Origin: Octopus vulgaris
Lineage: Eukaryota
DNA length: 64,000 bases
Assembly (NCBI GenBank): GCA_951406725.2
Contig: OX597831.1
Coordinates: 51,584,001-51,648,000 of the forward strand
Direction: 5' to 3'
Translations under genes and position numbers: made by a program
Shown here: positions 29,120 to 42,953 of the stretch, one piece after another
Position numbering within the stretch: position 1 is the first letter of the stretch
Layout of the letters: the number at the start of each line of letters is the position of its first letter
Notes under the pieces: generated by a model
Databases searched by the model: none
Seen by the model: only the letters and a program-made list of their open reading frames with translations
Told to the model about the DNA's origin: nothing

Positions 29120-29454
29120 TGTGTGTGTCTGTGTTTGTCCCCCTAGCATTGCTTGACAACCGATGCTGGTGTGTTTATGTCCCCGTTACTTAGCGGTTCG
29201 GCAAAAGAGGCCGATAGAATAAGTACTGGGCTTACAAAAGAATAAGTACCGGGGTCGAGTTGCTCGATTAAAGGTGGTGCTCCAGCATGGCCGCAGTCAA
29301 ATGACTGAAACAAGTAAAAGAGAAAGATATATAAATATAAAAATTTATAAAAATAAATTAATAATTTTTAACTTTAACTTTAAATATTTTTATTTCTATG
29401 TTTTGGTTTATGTTTTTCACTGTTTGATTTGCCTAATAGTGATTTTATCTCTAA

Positions 29455-29496
<42 letters not shown>

Positions 29497-29580
29497 TAGC
29501 AAAAACTGTCCGATGAACGGCAACGGGAAACTCGGAGTAACAGGTTTTGTTGAATTTTCTGCTGCTTTAAATAAAGTATA

Positions 29581-29627
<47 letters not shown>

Positions 29628-30545
29628 TCCTTTATTCTTTTACTTGTTTCAGTCATTTGACTGCGGCCATGCTGAAGCACCGCCCTTAGTCGAACTAATC
29701 GATCCCAATACTTATTTTCTTTTTTAAACCTTGTACTTATTCTTTCGTAATCTTTTGCCGTATCGCTAGGTCATGGAGACTTAAACACACCAGCACTAGT
29801 TGTCAAGCGGTGGTGTTGGGACACACATATACACTCACACGTATATAAATACATATATTTTCTTTTTTTTTTTACTTGTTTCAGTCATTTTGACTGCGGC
29901 CATGCTGGAGCACCGCCTTTAATCGAGCAACTCGACCCCGGGACTTATTCTTTGTAAGCCCAGTACTTATTCTATCGATCCCTTTTGCCGAACCGCTAAG
30001 TGACGGGGACATAAACACACCAATCAAGCAATGCTAGGGGGACAAACACAGACACACAAACATACACGCACATACACATATATACGACGGGCTTCTTTCA
30101 GTTTCCGTCTACAAAATCCACTCACAAGGCTTCGGTCGGCCCGAGGCTATAGTAGAAGACACTTGCCCAAGGTGCCACGCTGTGGGACTGAACCCGGAAC
30201 CATGTGGTTGGTAAACAAGCTACTTATCACACAACCACTCCTACGCCTATATATATTTCTTTACTATCCACTAGGGGCTAAACACAGAGGGGACAGGCAA
30301 AGGGATTAAGTCGATTACATCGACCCCAGTGCGTAACTGGTACTTAATTTATCGACCCCGAAAAGATGAAAGGCAAAGTCGACCTCGGCGGAATTTGAAC
30401 TCGGAACGTATTGAGGCGCAGGAGTGGCTGTGTAGTAACCACACGGTTCCGAGTTCAGTCCCAGTGTGGCACCTTGGGCATGTGTCTCCTATAGCCTCGG
30501 GCTGACCAAAAGCCTTGTAATTGAAGCTGAAAGAAGCGCGTCGTA
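28478..30545. mobile_element. Cluster of SINE family A and B copies in alternating orientation
   Basis: A(-) 28478-28775, A(+) 28938-29325, A(-) 29635-29830 and 29872-30250, B(-) 30255-30410, A(+) 30414-30545. Confidence 0.85.
29500..29549 (+). ncRNA. Minimal type I hammerhead motif (CCGAUGA core)
   Basis: CAAAAACTGT-CCGATGA-aCG gcaa CGg-GAAA-CTCGGAG-TA-ACAGGTTTTG; 9/10-bp stem I; inside (TA)n. Confidence 0.7.
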
Positions 30546-30561
30546 TATCTATCTATCTATA

Positions 30562-30620
<59 letters not shown>

Positions 30621-30735
30621 GTACGTGTGTGTGTGTGTGTTGGTTTTCCATGTTAACAAAGTTAGAGGGTTCGACTGAATCTGATTACTCGGAGGACCGC
30701 ATCATACTTCAGTGTCTGTTTTGAATGGTTACTGC

Positions 30736-31471
30736 GGATCTTTTCCTTTTGAACGGCACTTTTCAACACAATTTCTTGTTAACTAAACACTTTTAAACTT
30801 CGTATACTGGTAGAATGTGTCAAAATAAAACATTTTTTTCTCTTGGCTTTCTTGAGAAAATTGTAATTTGTAAGTTTAACGTAGTTTAATTTTTCGAATT
30901 TTAACCAATCCTATGCCCTCTATTTAGCTAAAATCATTTGCTGCGTCTAAAACCGAGACAACATCCTGTAACTAACCCTAACTCTAACCCTAACCCTAAC
31001 CCTAAATTTTAGCCTTTCGTTTTTTTTTTCTTAATTGTTAAATTAATTTAATTGTTACGCGTGTGTCTAAAATTATTCGTTTTGTTTTTGTTTTCGTTTT
31101 AGCCTTTCGTTTTTTTTTTCTTAATTGTTAAATTAAAATCATTTTCCATTGCTTTCGTTTTTTCTTTTCTTAATTGTTATCCTTAAATTAATTTAACAAT
31201 TAAGAAAAAAAAACGAAAGGCTAAAATTTAGGGTTAGTGACAGGATGTTGTCTGTTTTAGACGCAGCAAATGATTTTAGCCAAATAGAGGGTATAGGATT
31301 GGTTAAAATTCGAAAAATTAAACTACGTTAAACAAACAAATTACAATTTTCTCAACAAAACCAAGAGAAAAAAATGTTTTATTTTGACACATTCTACCAG
31401 TATACGAAGTTTAAAAGTGTTTATTTAACTAGAAATTGTGTTTAAAAGTGCCGTTCAAAAGGAAAAGATCC
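30736..31471. mobile_element. Foldback/MITE-like DNA element with long TIRs, 8-bp TSD and internal telomeric repeats
   Basis: GGATCTTTTCCTTTTGAACGGCAC... / ...GTGCCGTTCAAAAGGAAAAGATCC; arms over 230 bp; TSD GTTACTGC on both sides; (CCCTAA)n at ~30973-31005. Confidence 0.9.
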
Positions 31472-34400
31472 GTTACTGCAACTCGATGCATTTCCTAACA
31501 CCAGCCATTTTACAGAGTGTACTGGATGCTTTCTTTCATTTCACCAACACTATTGGGGTTGGCATGCAATTTGTAAGATTGAAGAACTCAAAGAGACCTC
31601 TATAACCGAAGGAGAATAGGGGAGAGAGTGAAAGAGTGATGAATTTCAGCAATGTAATGTAAGAGGGTGAAGTATGATGAAAGAAATGGATTTATATAAT
31701 GATATATATAATGAAATTATTGTATACAGTGCTCAGGTGCACCACAACTTGTCAGAAAGTGCATATAAAGTACATGCAGTAATGTAAAAATGTCTGGAAA
31801 GCGAACAATGTATGAGTTTATAGTTGTAAGAAGGTGGGAGTGGATAGAATAACAGAGTAAACGTTATTGGGGAGGGAGATGGGGAAATGGAAGGGATTGG
31901 TGTTGGTGATTAGTGAGAAAGAAAGGGAAGGAGTGCTACGGGTGATGAGGTTGTGTTGTATATGTGCAACCCAGGATTTTTCATCATTTTAAGTGCAAGT
32001 ATGGGTGGAAGGTATGAGGAGAAGGCAACATGAAAGAGAGAAAATGGATGAGAGTGATAAGTATTCAGAGAGAGGAAGAAGAATGTGGGGTATAAGGCTA
32101 GAAAGGGAGAGGTGGAAGGGTCGAGAGGTGAGGAAAAAGCTGTGGGTGAAAGAGGACAGTGAGAGAAAGATAGGCAACTAGGGAGTGGTTTCGGTAATAT
32201 GTTCTGAATACTGTTCAAAGTTGTTTATATGGGGTAACTTTACATTAAGGAGTGGAAAGCACAGTTTCCTGCAATTCAGACTAGTACCATGCTAGTACCA
32301 TGAGGCAAACAGAGAGTAAAGAATGGCAGTGAACAAGTATCACAACTGGGAAAATTTGAGATATGAATGATAGGGTGGAGACTGAAATGAATGAGAAGGT
32401 GGAGCTAGAAGAGAAAGTGAATACAGGAAATGTGTTGGGGATGGACGTCTATACAAAACCTTATGCATAGGCCCAGTAAAAGATGGGAAAAGTAGAGCGG
32501 CATTCTGATTAGTTAGTTATCTGTTGTAACCAGAAATATATTGGTCAACTTATATCTTTTTTTCTTTTATTTTTTACCTGTTTCACTCATTGGATTGCAG
32601 TCATGCTGGAGCACCACCTTGAAGGGTTTTAGTCAAACAAATCAACCCCAGGTTTTTTTTTAAAAGCCTGGCTCTTATTCTATCAGTCTTTTGCTGAAAA
32701 ACTAAGCTATGGGGTCATAATCACACTAGCACCAGTTGACAAGTGGTGGAGGGGAAACACACACGCACACACACATACTATGGGCTTCTTTCAGTTTCTT
32801 ATTTCTTTATTGCCCACAAGGGGCTAAACATAGAGGAGACAGACAATGGGACTAAGTCAATTACATTGACCCCAGTGTGTAACTGGTACTTAATTTATTG
32901 ACCCCGAAAGGATGAAAGGCAAAGTCAACCTCGGCGGAATTATAACTCAGAACGTAACAGCAGACGAAATACCTGTTTCTTTATTACCCACAAAGGGCTA
33001 AACATAGAGTGGACAAACAAGGACAGACAAACGGATTAAGTCGATTACATTGACTCCAGTGCATAACTGGTACTTAATTTATCTACCCTGAAAGGATGAA
33101 AAGCAAAGTCGACCTCAGCGGAATTTGAACCCAGAATGTAACCACAGACGAAATACTGCTAAGCATTTCGCCCTTCTTTCAGTTTCAGGGCTTCTTTCAG
33201 TTTCTGCCTACCAAATTTTATGTAACTCAACCAACCTTCGCACTGGTCAAAAAGGATAAACATCCTTCTGGTAAACATCCATTAATGCTATATCTCCTAA
33301 AGAAATAAATTTCCATGAAGATGATCTATCTGAAGCCCATGGAAACAACAAACTACACTGCAATCATCCCAGGAATATGGACTGTAATCTTAAGAGAATG
33401 TGATTAGTGGAAACAGATGTAGTGATGCATTAAATGTTTATAAATTCCATCCAAGGATTATTATTATTATTATTACAATGCACACATGTATATGTGTGTG
33501 TTTACATCCCTATAACTTAGTGGTTCAGCAAAAGAGAGTGATAGAATGGACACCAAACTTAAAAAATAAGTACTAGAGTCAATTTGTTTGACTAAAATTC
33601 TTCAAGGTGGTACCCCAGTTCCTGAAACAAGTAAAAGATAAAAGGTGGGTTTTGAGGGACTGCAAAAGAAAGAGATGATAACAACGAGTAAGGCAGGAGG
33701 ATGAATTGAATAGATTTGATGAAAATTAGAGATTGGGCACCCAAAGCTGAAAGTTATGGAAGTGAAAAGGAAAGGCTTTTAACCAGCAATGGTTGATGTG
33801 ATTAAATACTGCTTTTGTGTGCTTTTTCTGGTCTTGTGCCAATGTAAGTAATGATGTGTGTGTTCAAGTAGTTGTAATGCTCACACTGTCTTGCAAGCTC
33901 CATATAAAATATTAAATAACCACTAGTTATTGACCTTCAGGAGAAGATATTGATTTTGATTTTTTATAAGGAAAAAATGAACAACTATGTGATGTATGTA
34001 TGTATGTCATGCAATGAAAAGATAGTGACTTTTATGCTTTGTTTTTAGTTGATCTAACTGTTGTTAAACGATCAATTCAATTTACTTGGCATTTTCATGA
34101 TCAGAAATATCTACAGATGGGTAATAACCTTTATCAATTTCCCGATAAAACCAGTGATCTGAAGAGTTGTTTGAGACAAGACAATAAAATAAGTATTTGG
34201 TAGTGTGCTGGTTCAAATTGTTTTCTATTTTATATGTTTAGTGTTGAAAACACTTGTAGGTATGCAATCAGCCATTTTAATGTTGAAATCTGCATTGTAT
34301 CATGTATGGAAAGGTTACAAGTTACTCATGTTAAACTTTTTATTAAACATTGTTCATTCTATAAATGTAACAGTTTATGTTTTTGAAAACTTACTTGATT

Positions 34401-34999
34401 AATATGTAATACTTTTTTTCCATTAAAAATTAAGGTATATTAAAGGGCAATAAGAATAAACAGAAAATATCTATTATTTATGTAAGGATCTAGACTTGAG
34501 AATTCTTTTCAGAAATGTTAAAATTGTCTCCCTTGTATAATACACTAACACACTATTATACATACATACATGCATACACACACCCACATACACACACACA
34601 CACACACACATGTATATATGTATATGCATGGGTGTGTATATATATATATATGGCTGTTGCCAGCGCCGCCTTGACTGACTTCCATACCGGTGGCACGTAG
34701 AATACAAATCAACTGATCATGGCCGTTGCCAGCCTCGCCTGGCACCTGTGCCAGTGGCACATAAAAAGCACCCGCTACACTCACGGAGTGGTTGGCGTTA
34801 GGAAGGGCATCCAGCTGTAGAAACACTGCCAGATTAGACTGGAGCCTGGTGCAGCCTCCTGGCTTCCCAGACCCCGGTCGAACCGTCCAACCCATGCTAG
34901 CATGGAAGACGGATGTTAAACGATGATGATGATACATATACATATATGTGTGTGTTTGTGTGTATTCATTACTTTATCCCACTGGGTCTCTTTCTTCCA

Positions 35000-36170
35000 C
35001 AGGTTCTATCTACATTCAGCAATTGACATTTCTTTATACTGCTGTCCACATTCATACACATCACATGACCATTCCAGAGCAGTCTTCTTTCTTGCATCTT
35101 GCATCAGATATCTCTTACACTCAGTTTTTCTCTCAACATATTTGCACTTTGTTGTACTTGCACACTGACATTGTACATTCAGCAGAGCATTCAGGCTTCA
35201 TTTCTTTACAGTCTTTGCATAGTCTCTGCATTCACAACCCACATTTCACTCCTATGTAGCATTGCTGTTTGTACACTAGCATCATAGAATCTGCCTTTCA
35301 CTCAGAGAGAGGCCTTTTGATACCAACAGTGGTAATAGCTCTCTGAACTGTCTCCATCCTATTCTTATTCCAGCGACAATACTTTCATAACAACCTCTTC
35401 TGCTACTAATTAGATCACCTAGGTAACAAAAACTATCTACTACTTCTAAGGATTCTCCTGGGCATTTGAGAAAATCTGTTTCTTGTGTGTTGTTAATGCA
35501 TATTGCTTCTGCAATAAACACTAAGAACATATTTTCTCTGTTAAACTCTCTGTGATTCTAATGCATCCTTTGTGTGTCCATAGCTTGCACTGGGTGAGCA
35601 GGGTGGTATATCTGAAGGAAGTAAAGGTCACTTTGTTTTCTTACTAGAACTTTGGTTTTTGCTAAGTTAAATTTAAGGACTTTTGATTCCTTTTTTTTTT
35701 TTTAGCCACACCTGGTATTTCTTTTTAATTCCTACCTATAAGAACAAGGTCATCAGCATAGAAGCATTCTCATGTACAACTAATCTTAAACTCTTCTGTC
35801 TTGGCCTGGGGATCTATGATGAATTGGAGGGTACTGAGAACTCCTACTTGCACCCTAAACTCAGTGCTGCACTCATTGCTAAATCTCACCTTACTGATGG
35901 CATCTTTGTACATGGCTTGAATGGTTCTCACCAGCCATTTGTCTGCTCCAAGTTTCCACAGTGACTACCAGATCTACTTTGTTGACAGTTTTCTCTAGGT
36001 TGACAAATGCCAAGTGCAGTTATTCATTTTTGGTTAAATACTTCTCCTGCAGTTGCCTTGCCAAAAAGAGAGCATCAGTAGTAATTCAGCCTGACACAAA
36101 ACCAAATTACATCTCATCTGGGCCAGAATCTCATGGAGGAGATGACAAAGAATCACAGTAATTAGTGGTT
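35000..36170 (-). mobile_element. Rearranged RTE LINE fragments
   Basis: LEVVDSFCYLGDLI..IGWRQFRELLPLL; YADDL at ~35750. Confidence 0.7.
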
Positions 36171-37257
36171 TGCTGTGCTTAAGAAGACATTCATCTCAGC
36201 AAAAATTCAGGTCCTAAAAGCCTGTCCTTTATGTCTGTGTCCCTGCATGTAATCTGTCTCTGTCAAGCCTTCTCTGCAACTTCACTTCTGAGTGTCAATT
36301 ACCCCATCACTCTTCTAACTAAAACCCTATTTATTCGGTTGCTGAAATTTTTTGAGAGTAGAATTGTGCATATTTCACCTGCCTTCTGTGCTACAGGTTA
36401 TCTCTCTCTTTGGAACCACGTTTTTTGTCCCCCATTCTGTTTTCTTAATATCATCTCTTCCCACTTCATTTTCCACTGAGCAACCCTTTTCCTTGAACAC
36501 TCCCTCATATCTATTATTGTTTCCCCCACCACCTTTGTTTATCACCAACTATATCAATCTCTACGTACTTCTGACCTCTGTCTCTGTCACAGAGCATCCC
36601 TCTCTCACCTCCAAGCCCACACACTTCACATCATCTCCCTACTTTTCAACTTTATACAGTCTTATTAAACAGCTGATTTGCATTACACAACTTTATATAT
36701 TGGTTTCAAATTTTGGCACGAGGCCAGCAATATTCGATGCAGGATTATGTTGTTTATATCAACCCAGTGCTCAAATGGTACTTATTTTGTCAACTCTGAA
36801 AGGATGAAGGGCAAAGTCGACCTTGGTGAAATTCAAACTCAGAACGTAAAGATAGATGAAATACAACTTAGAATTTTGCCCAGTGTGCCAATGAATCTAC
36901 CAGCTTGCCATCTTTATCTAAGAAATCATTATTAAGAAGCCATATCTGATGAAAAATTTATTGTTTTAAAAGATGGGAATAGAATTAAGGAATTATGATT
37001 TTTACTTGTAAAAAACCAATATATTTAAATGGTATGGAATTTACAAATACAGATGTTTATATGTTATAACATTTATCTATATACCTTGATATGCTTTCAA
37101 CTGTTAGGAAGTAAAAGTTTGACCATTTTGATATCTATCTGTCCAAGACTATCCTTCGTTCCTTGAATCAAACTTAGCTTTTTAAAGTGATCAAAATGAA
37201 AACCTATCGAAATACCTTGTTAATTTATTTGCTAAATCCCTGTTTAATTCCTTTCTT

Positions 37258-37712
37258 CCCTGGGCATGGACACATTGAAACTCTGACGTCTGGCAGCTGA
37301 CTTGGCAGACACCCATAAAATTATCAACCATCTTACAAACAATAACTCTGAGCACCTTTTCAAACTCCACCCGTCTAACACCCGTGGACATATTTACAAA
37401 GTCAGAAAACAGCACAGCTCCCATGACTTTAGGAAACATTTTTTCACGCTGAGAGTTGCTGAAGCATGGAACAAACTGCCGGCATCAGTTGTTAGTTGTC
37501 GGAGCACTGCATCCTTCAAAACTTCCATGCTTTCTGAGATTTGCCAACACTACACCTGATTTTCTCCCCTCCATACACACACAAGCATGTATCTGACTCA
37601 TACATTGTTCGCTTTCCAGACATTTGTACATTACTGCATATACTTGATACGCACTTTCTGACAAGTTGTGGTGCACCTGAGCACTGTATACAATAATTTC
37701 ATTATTATTATT
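37258..37712 (+). mobile_element. CR1/L2-type LINE 3' end
   Basis: NTRGHIYK..RKHFFTLRVAEAWNKLPASVV C-terminal motif and (ATT)n tail; tail copy on minus at ~31705-31815. Confidence 0.8.
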
Positions 37713-38371
37713 ATAATAATGACAGAGTTAATTTTACTAAATTTTAAAATTATTTTAAAAATTAATTGAAACAAAGACAGTGTTTTTTGACAGAAATATG
37801 GTAACAAAAGGTTTAATCTGTTAATCAGTTAGGCAACCTGAAACAAGCAGAGTAATACATTTTTCACAAAAGTATAAAATAGGACATACCACAAAGTTTG
37901 TACTCACAAGCATGTCATTAGTATTTCAGCACCATAATGCTTCAATAGTTAAATAAAGGTATAGACAAAAGTATATACAAAATCAAGCATTTTCTAACTA
38001 TTGAAGATATAGATATAAATGTTTAATTACTATATATAGAACCCATAAATAAATATAATACGTATGTATATATATGTGCCTGTATATATATAATGTTATA
38101 TATCATATATGTACATATACACATACATGCACATACACTCACATACACACACACATGATAAATATATTATGTATATATAATATATATATAATATTTTATA
38201 TATATATATGAGTGTGCAATATTTACATGTATATGTATATATGCATGCATGTTTGTATGTTGTTGTATATAGTGCGTATTTTGGCAACTTTTTATTATCC
38301 AATAAAGAAATAGGTGGTTTAGCCTTGTAGTTGTGATTCCGTTTGGTTATTGAATAATATTCATACAGAAA

Positions 38372-38658
38372 TCAAATTGCCGGACACTGTTTGCAAGGAG
38401 AGGTGTTGATGTGTTTCATCATACCGAGGAAATCATTACAGCTTCTGAAACTATACACATTATCTGTAGAACTATCAGATGCAATATCAGTTATTTTAAT
38501 CTTTTTGTTGGTAATCTGATCCCTCTTGATAATTGTTATTACAGACACATGTGCAACAGAGCGCAGTTTCCATGCCTCTCTGTAGTATGAAGAACGACAT
38601 GTTGATCGGCCATCTGTTATTAGAAGCACATCATATTTAATGCGTGTTTTGGATCCAT
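38372..38658 (-). CDS. Secreted VWA-like protein, last coding exon
   Basis: DGSKTRIKYDVLLITDGRS...CKQCPAI*; LLITDG is the hallmark VWA beta4 motif; total 1029 nt = 342 aa; AATAAA on minus at 38291-38296. Confidence 0.8.
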
Positions 38659-38914
38659 CTGCAAAGAAATAATGAAAATATTAAAAATCAAAAAAAATTA
38701 TAAAAATGTAAATAAAAAGATAATAACACAGACACAGGAATGGCAGTGTGATTTAGAATCTCTCTTTACAACCATATGTTTTTGGATTCAGTCCCACAAA
38801 TGCCTTGTATTATAGCTTGACCAATGTCTTGTGAGTGAATTTGGTAGTTAGAAACTGTATAGTTTATATATATATATATCATAGTTTATACACACACACA
38901 CACATATATATATA

Positions 38915-39270
38915 TAGGGTAAAAGGATAAAGACCCCCTTTGGTCATGAATGTCCATGGGATTGCACCTAGAAATTTCCCCTCTAAAGCACAAGTCTGGG
39001 TACGGTTGTTTTGTTTATGGAAGACCAGCAGTTGGCCATGTATACCAGCCTCTCCTATCCATGCCACTAATATTGTTCAAGGAAAAGGCAAAGGCAGATG
39101 CAGCTTAGCACCAGTGACATCGAAACTCATTTCCACAGCTGCTTGAACTGGAGCAATGTGAAATAAAGTGTCTTGCTCAAGAACACAACATACAACCTGG
39201 TCTAGGAATTCAACTCACTACCTCATGATTGTGAGCCCAATTCTCTGACCACTAAGTCATGCACCTTCAC
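38915..39270 (-). mobile_element. tRNA-derived SINE family C
   Basis: tRNA head followed by GTGTTCTTGAGCAAGACACTTTATTTC core; other copies at 18970-19760 and 61090-61255. Confidence 0.75.
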
Positions 39271-39460
39271 TTATATACATATATATATATATTCGCCATG
39301 ACAGATTGCTAGCCACTCTATTTTCTATTTTCTGTTTTCTTTCCCTGTTTATTTCTGTGTTCCTTTCTGTCAAAGAGTGTAAGCTCAAAGCATAAAAGAC
39401 TTTCTCACTTCCCGAGCATCAAACTAATACATCTGTTTGCAGTTTTCTTTTGTAAGTTCT

Positions 39461-39529
<69 letters not shown>

Positions 39530-39533
<4 letters not shown>

Positions 39534-39930
39534 ATGAGGGAATATTATTCTAAACTTACAGGGAAAAATTCAATTTAGAAATACTAAATCAAATTTCACA
39601 AAATATAATATATATATATAAATTAGAAAAAAACCACCTTTTACCAATTCAATAATGAAAAATTAAATTATACCATTTAGAAAAATTACATATTATAGAA
39701 AGATTAAATATAAGATAAAACATATAACAATGATTAAGTAATGTGCAAAAAAGTAAATAAAATATATATGTTTTATTTACTTTTTTGCACATTACTTAAT
39801 CATTGTTATATGTTTTATCTTATATTTAATCTTTCTATAATATATAATTTTTCTAAATGTTATAATTTAATTTTTCATTATTGAATTGGTAAAAGGTGGG
39901 TTTTTTTCTAATTTATATATATATATATAT
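39530..39930. repeat. AT-rich (TA)n-embedded element with a ~150-bp-arm near-perfect palindrome
   Basis: Arms ~39612-39762 and 39771-39922; same family inverted at 59665-59880 and related at 53640-53705. Confidence 0.85.
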
Positions 39931-39984
39931 ATATATTGGTCAGTAGTTCAAATATCTGAAAAAGAAGCACACCTCTGGCCATTT

Positions 39985-40044
39985 GAGTCTGACGAGTTGC
40001 CTATACAGTTAAGTGCTTTATAGGTGTGAAACCAATGGTCACTC
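39985..40044 (+). ncRNA. Type I hammerhead ribozyme, canonical core
   Basis: GAGT-CTGACGA-(GCCTATA..TATAGGT stem II)-GAAA-CC aat GG-TC-ACTC; GUC cleavage triplet at 40038-40040. Confidence 0.8.
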
Positions 40045-40405
40045 TCTGACTAGCCATAACAATCAACCTTCTAAATATATGTATATATACAAGTGTGTGT
40101 GTGTATGTGTGTATTTATGACCTCAAGCCACCGCTTGAAAACTGATGTTGGTTTGTTTACATATTTGTAACTTAGCAGTTTGGTGAAAGAGACCAATAGA
40201 ATAAGTACCAGACTTTAAAAAAAGTATTGGAGTTGAACTGTTTGTCAGAAAAAATTGTTTAAAAAAACCCTCCAAAAACTTCAAGGCAACATAACCTCAG
40301 TCCAGTGACTGAACACACAAAAGATAAAGATACCTTGAAATGGTTGCAATAGTTTTTAGAAAATATTGGCAAACTTCTTATGAAGCCACGTAAGTAAGAA
40401 CTGAC

Positions 40406-40682
40406 CTGTGTACTTATCAATGTGAGTATATGCTTTCTTCAACAGAGAAGTTACACAACTGACTCCATCATGTCCATTCAGCTTATGGATGGCTTCTTTA
40501 AGTTGTTCAATGCTTTTTGTTTCTGAGTGATATTGCTTCACATTGTCATTGTTCGTGATCAGCGTTAAAGAATGGACATCAACAGTATGGTCAATTGTAC
40601 GGGTGCTGCTTTTTGGCAGACACATATTGTCGACCATTAAATTAAGACTCTCTTTAATGTGAGATATTTCATCTGGAGACAT
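40406..40682 (-). CDS. Secreted VWA-like protein, coding exon 3
   Basis: MSPDEISHIKESLNLMVD...LKEAIHKL...SLLKKAY; CAG acceptor, GTCAGT donor; 277 nt, phase 0 to 1. Confidence 0.8.
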
Positions 40683-41009
40683 CTGCAAGATCATTAAATG
40701 TATAAATCAAAATTTAAAAAATAATAAATCTTTTTATCATATTTAATGTAAATACATTAGTCAAAGGCAAGTTACAGTTTGTATTCATCCAGAGATAATA
40801 TCTCTTATGAATGTACTCTATTTGAAAACACAGTATATGTGGTTTCAGGCATGGCTATGTAGTAATAAGTTTGTTTCCCAACCACATGATCCTGGGTTCA
40901 GTCCCACTGTGTGAAACCTGGGAAGGTGTCTACTACTGTAGCTACTATGGCAGTAGGCTGACCAAAGTCTCATAAGAGGATTTGTAAGATGGAAATTGAA
41001 AGAAGCCCA

Positions 41010-41129
<120 letters not shown>

Positions 41130-42040
41130 AATCATCTTTCAAGCATTGGGCCTCATGAAGGCAATGTGGCTGATGCCAGTGTCACGTAACTAGCATCTGC
41201 GCCGGTGGTACGTAAAAAGCACCTTTTGAGCACTGGGCCTCACAGAGGCGATGGCAAATGATTGAGACAATATACTGTGCTTGAGAAGAAGAGTCATCAA
41301 GCCAAGTGAAATTATAGTTGTGGCAGATACTGGTGTCAGCAACTGACATCCATGTCAGTGGTATGTAAAAGCATCCATCCACTCTCAGAGTGGTTGGCAT
41401 TAGGAAGGGCATCCAACTGTAGAAGCCATGCCAAATCAGACTGGAGTCTGGTGCAGTCCTTCAGCAACAGTCCAGCCCATGCCAGCATGGACAAAGGATG
41501 CTAAATGATGATGATCATGATATCTATATATAGATATATATGTGTGTGTGTGTGTATCTTTATGTTTGTGTATGTCTTTATGTTGGACACACACATACAC
41601 ACACACACACACACACACATACATGATGGGTTTCTTTCAGTTTCTGTTAACCAAAGACTTTGGTTGGCCCAGGGTTACATGCCGAAGGTGCCATGCAGTG
41701 GGACTGAACCTGGAACTATGTGGTTGGTTGGGAATCAAACTTCTTACCACACTGCCATGCCTGTGTCTGTATGTCTGTTCATTAATTTGCATGATTGACA
41801 GCTGAAAGAAACAGATTTTAAGATGATAGTGTAGTTTGTGAGTATTGTTATTATGTCAAGGTATCCACTGATGTTTGAACACATAGCTGCAAGATAGTGC
41901 CTCATTTTACCCCCATATATGTACTACTATTTCAATGTTAATTTATTTACATTGCTGTGTGCATCTGTATGTGTGTTCGTGTTTGTATGTGGATGTGCAA
42001 ATATGCATGTGTAGTGTGTGTGTGTGTGCATGTATGTATG

Positions 42041-42088
<48 letters not shown>

Positions 42089-42783
42089 CATATATACATA
42101 TATACATATACCTACGTACATAAAAATATGTGTGTGTGTGTGTATGACAGAGTGAGAGAGCGAGAGAGAGAAAGAGAGAAACAGGGAAAGAGTGTGAGAG
42201 AGAGAGAGAGAGCGAGAGAGAGAGAAAGAGTGAGAGAGAGAGAGAGAGAGAGGAGATTTTAAATGGTTTCTAGTCTTTAGGACTTTGTGACTTGATAAAA
42301 ATAATGTTGATACTCTAGTTAGTTACAAAGGCATCCCTATAAAAAGACGATCTGATAACACAGATGTGGGTTGCCTTACATTTGTTCTATTTAAAGCTCT
42401 ACCCTTTCCCTCATCATTTAGAACTACATTTCTGCGATCCTTATTTTCTCCTCTATGTTCATAGGATTCGTATGGTTAGTTTTTAAACTGTCATTATTAA
42501 GGCATTGGTATGGCTCTGAGGTTATGAAGCTCAAAATGTAACTATGTGGTTTTGGATTTGGCTGTGATACCTTGAGCGAGTGTCTACTACTATAGCCCTA
42601 GGCCAACAAATGCCATGTGAGTGAATTTGGTAGACCAAAACTATATGGAAGCCCACCAGGCTTCCATATAGTGTGCGTGTGTGTGTGTGTGTGTGTGTAA
42701 TGTCCAACCCATGCCAGCATGGAAAACAGACGTTAAATGATGATGTTGATGATGATGGTAAATGTATATTTATATAATAAACG

Positions 42784-42814
<31 letters not shown>

Positions 42815-42953
42815 TATGGAGATGTACTTGGATAGCAAGTGACCTGATCTGAGATCGTGTGCTGGGATGAAAACAATTGCAGTGTGGCAGATGTTTATAA
42901 GCCATTTAAGAAACACACAAAAACCGTTAGATTCACTTCAACATTTAAATTTA

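Noticed and set aside
39362-39400. Possible hammerhead relic (CTTT-CTGTCAA-AGAGT gtaa GCTC-AAAG..AAAG)
   Set aside because: Both conserved core segments are disrupted, so it cannot be supported from this copy alone
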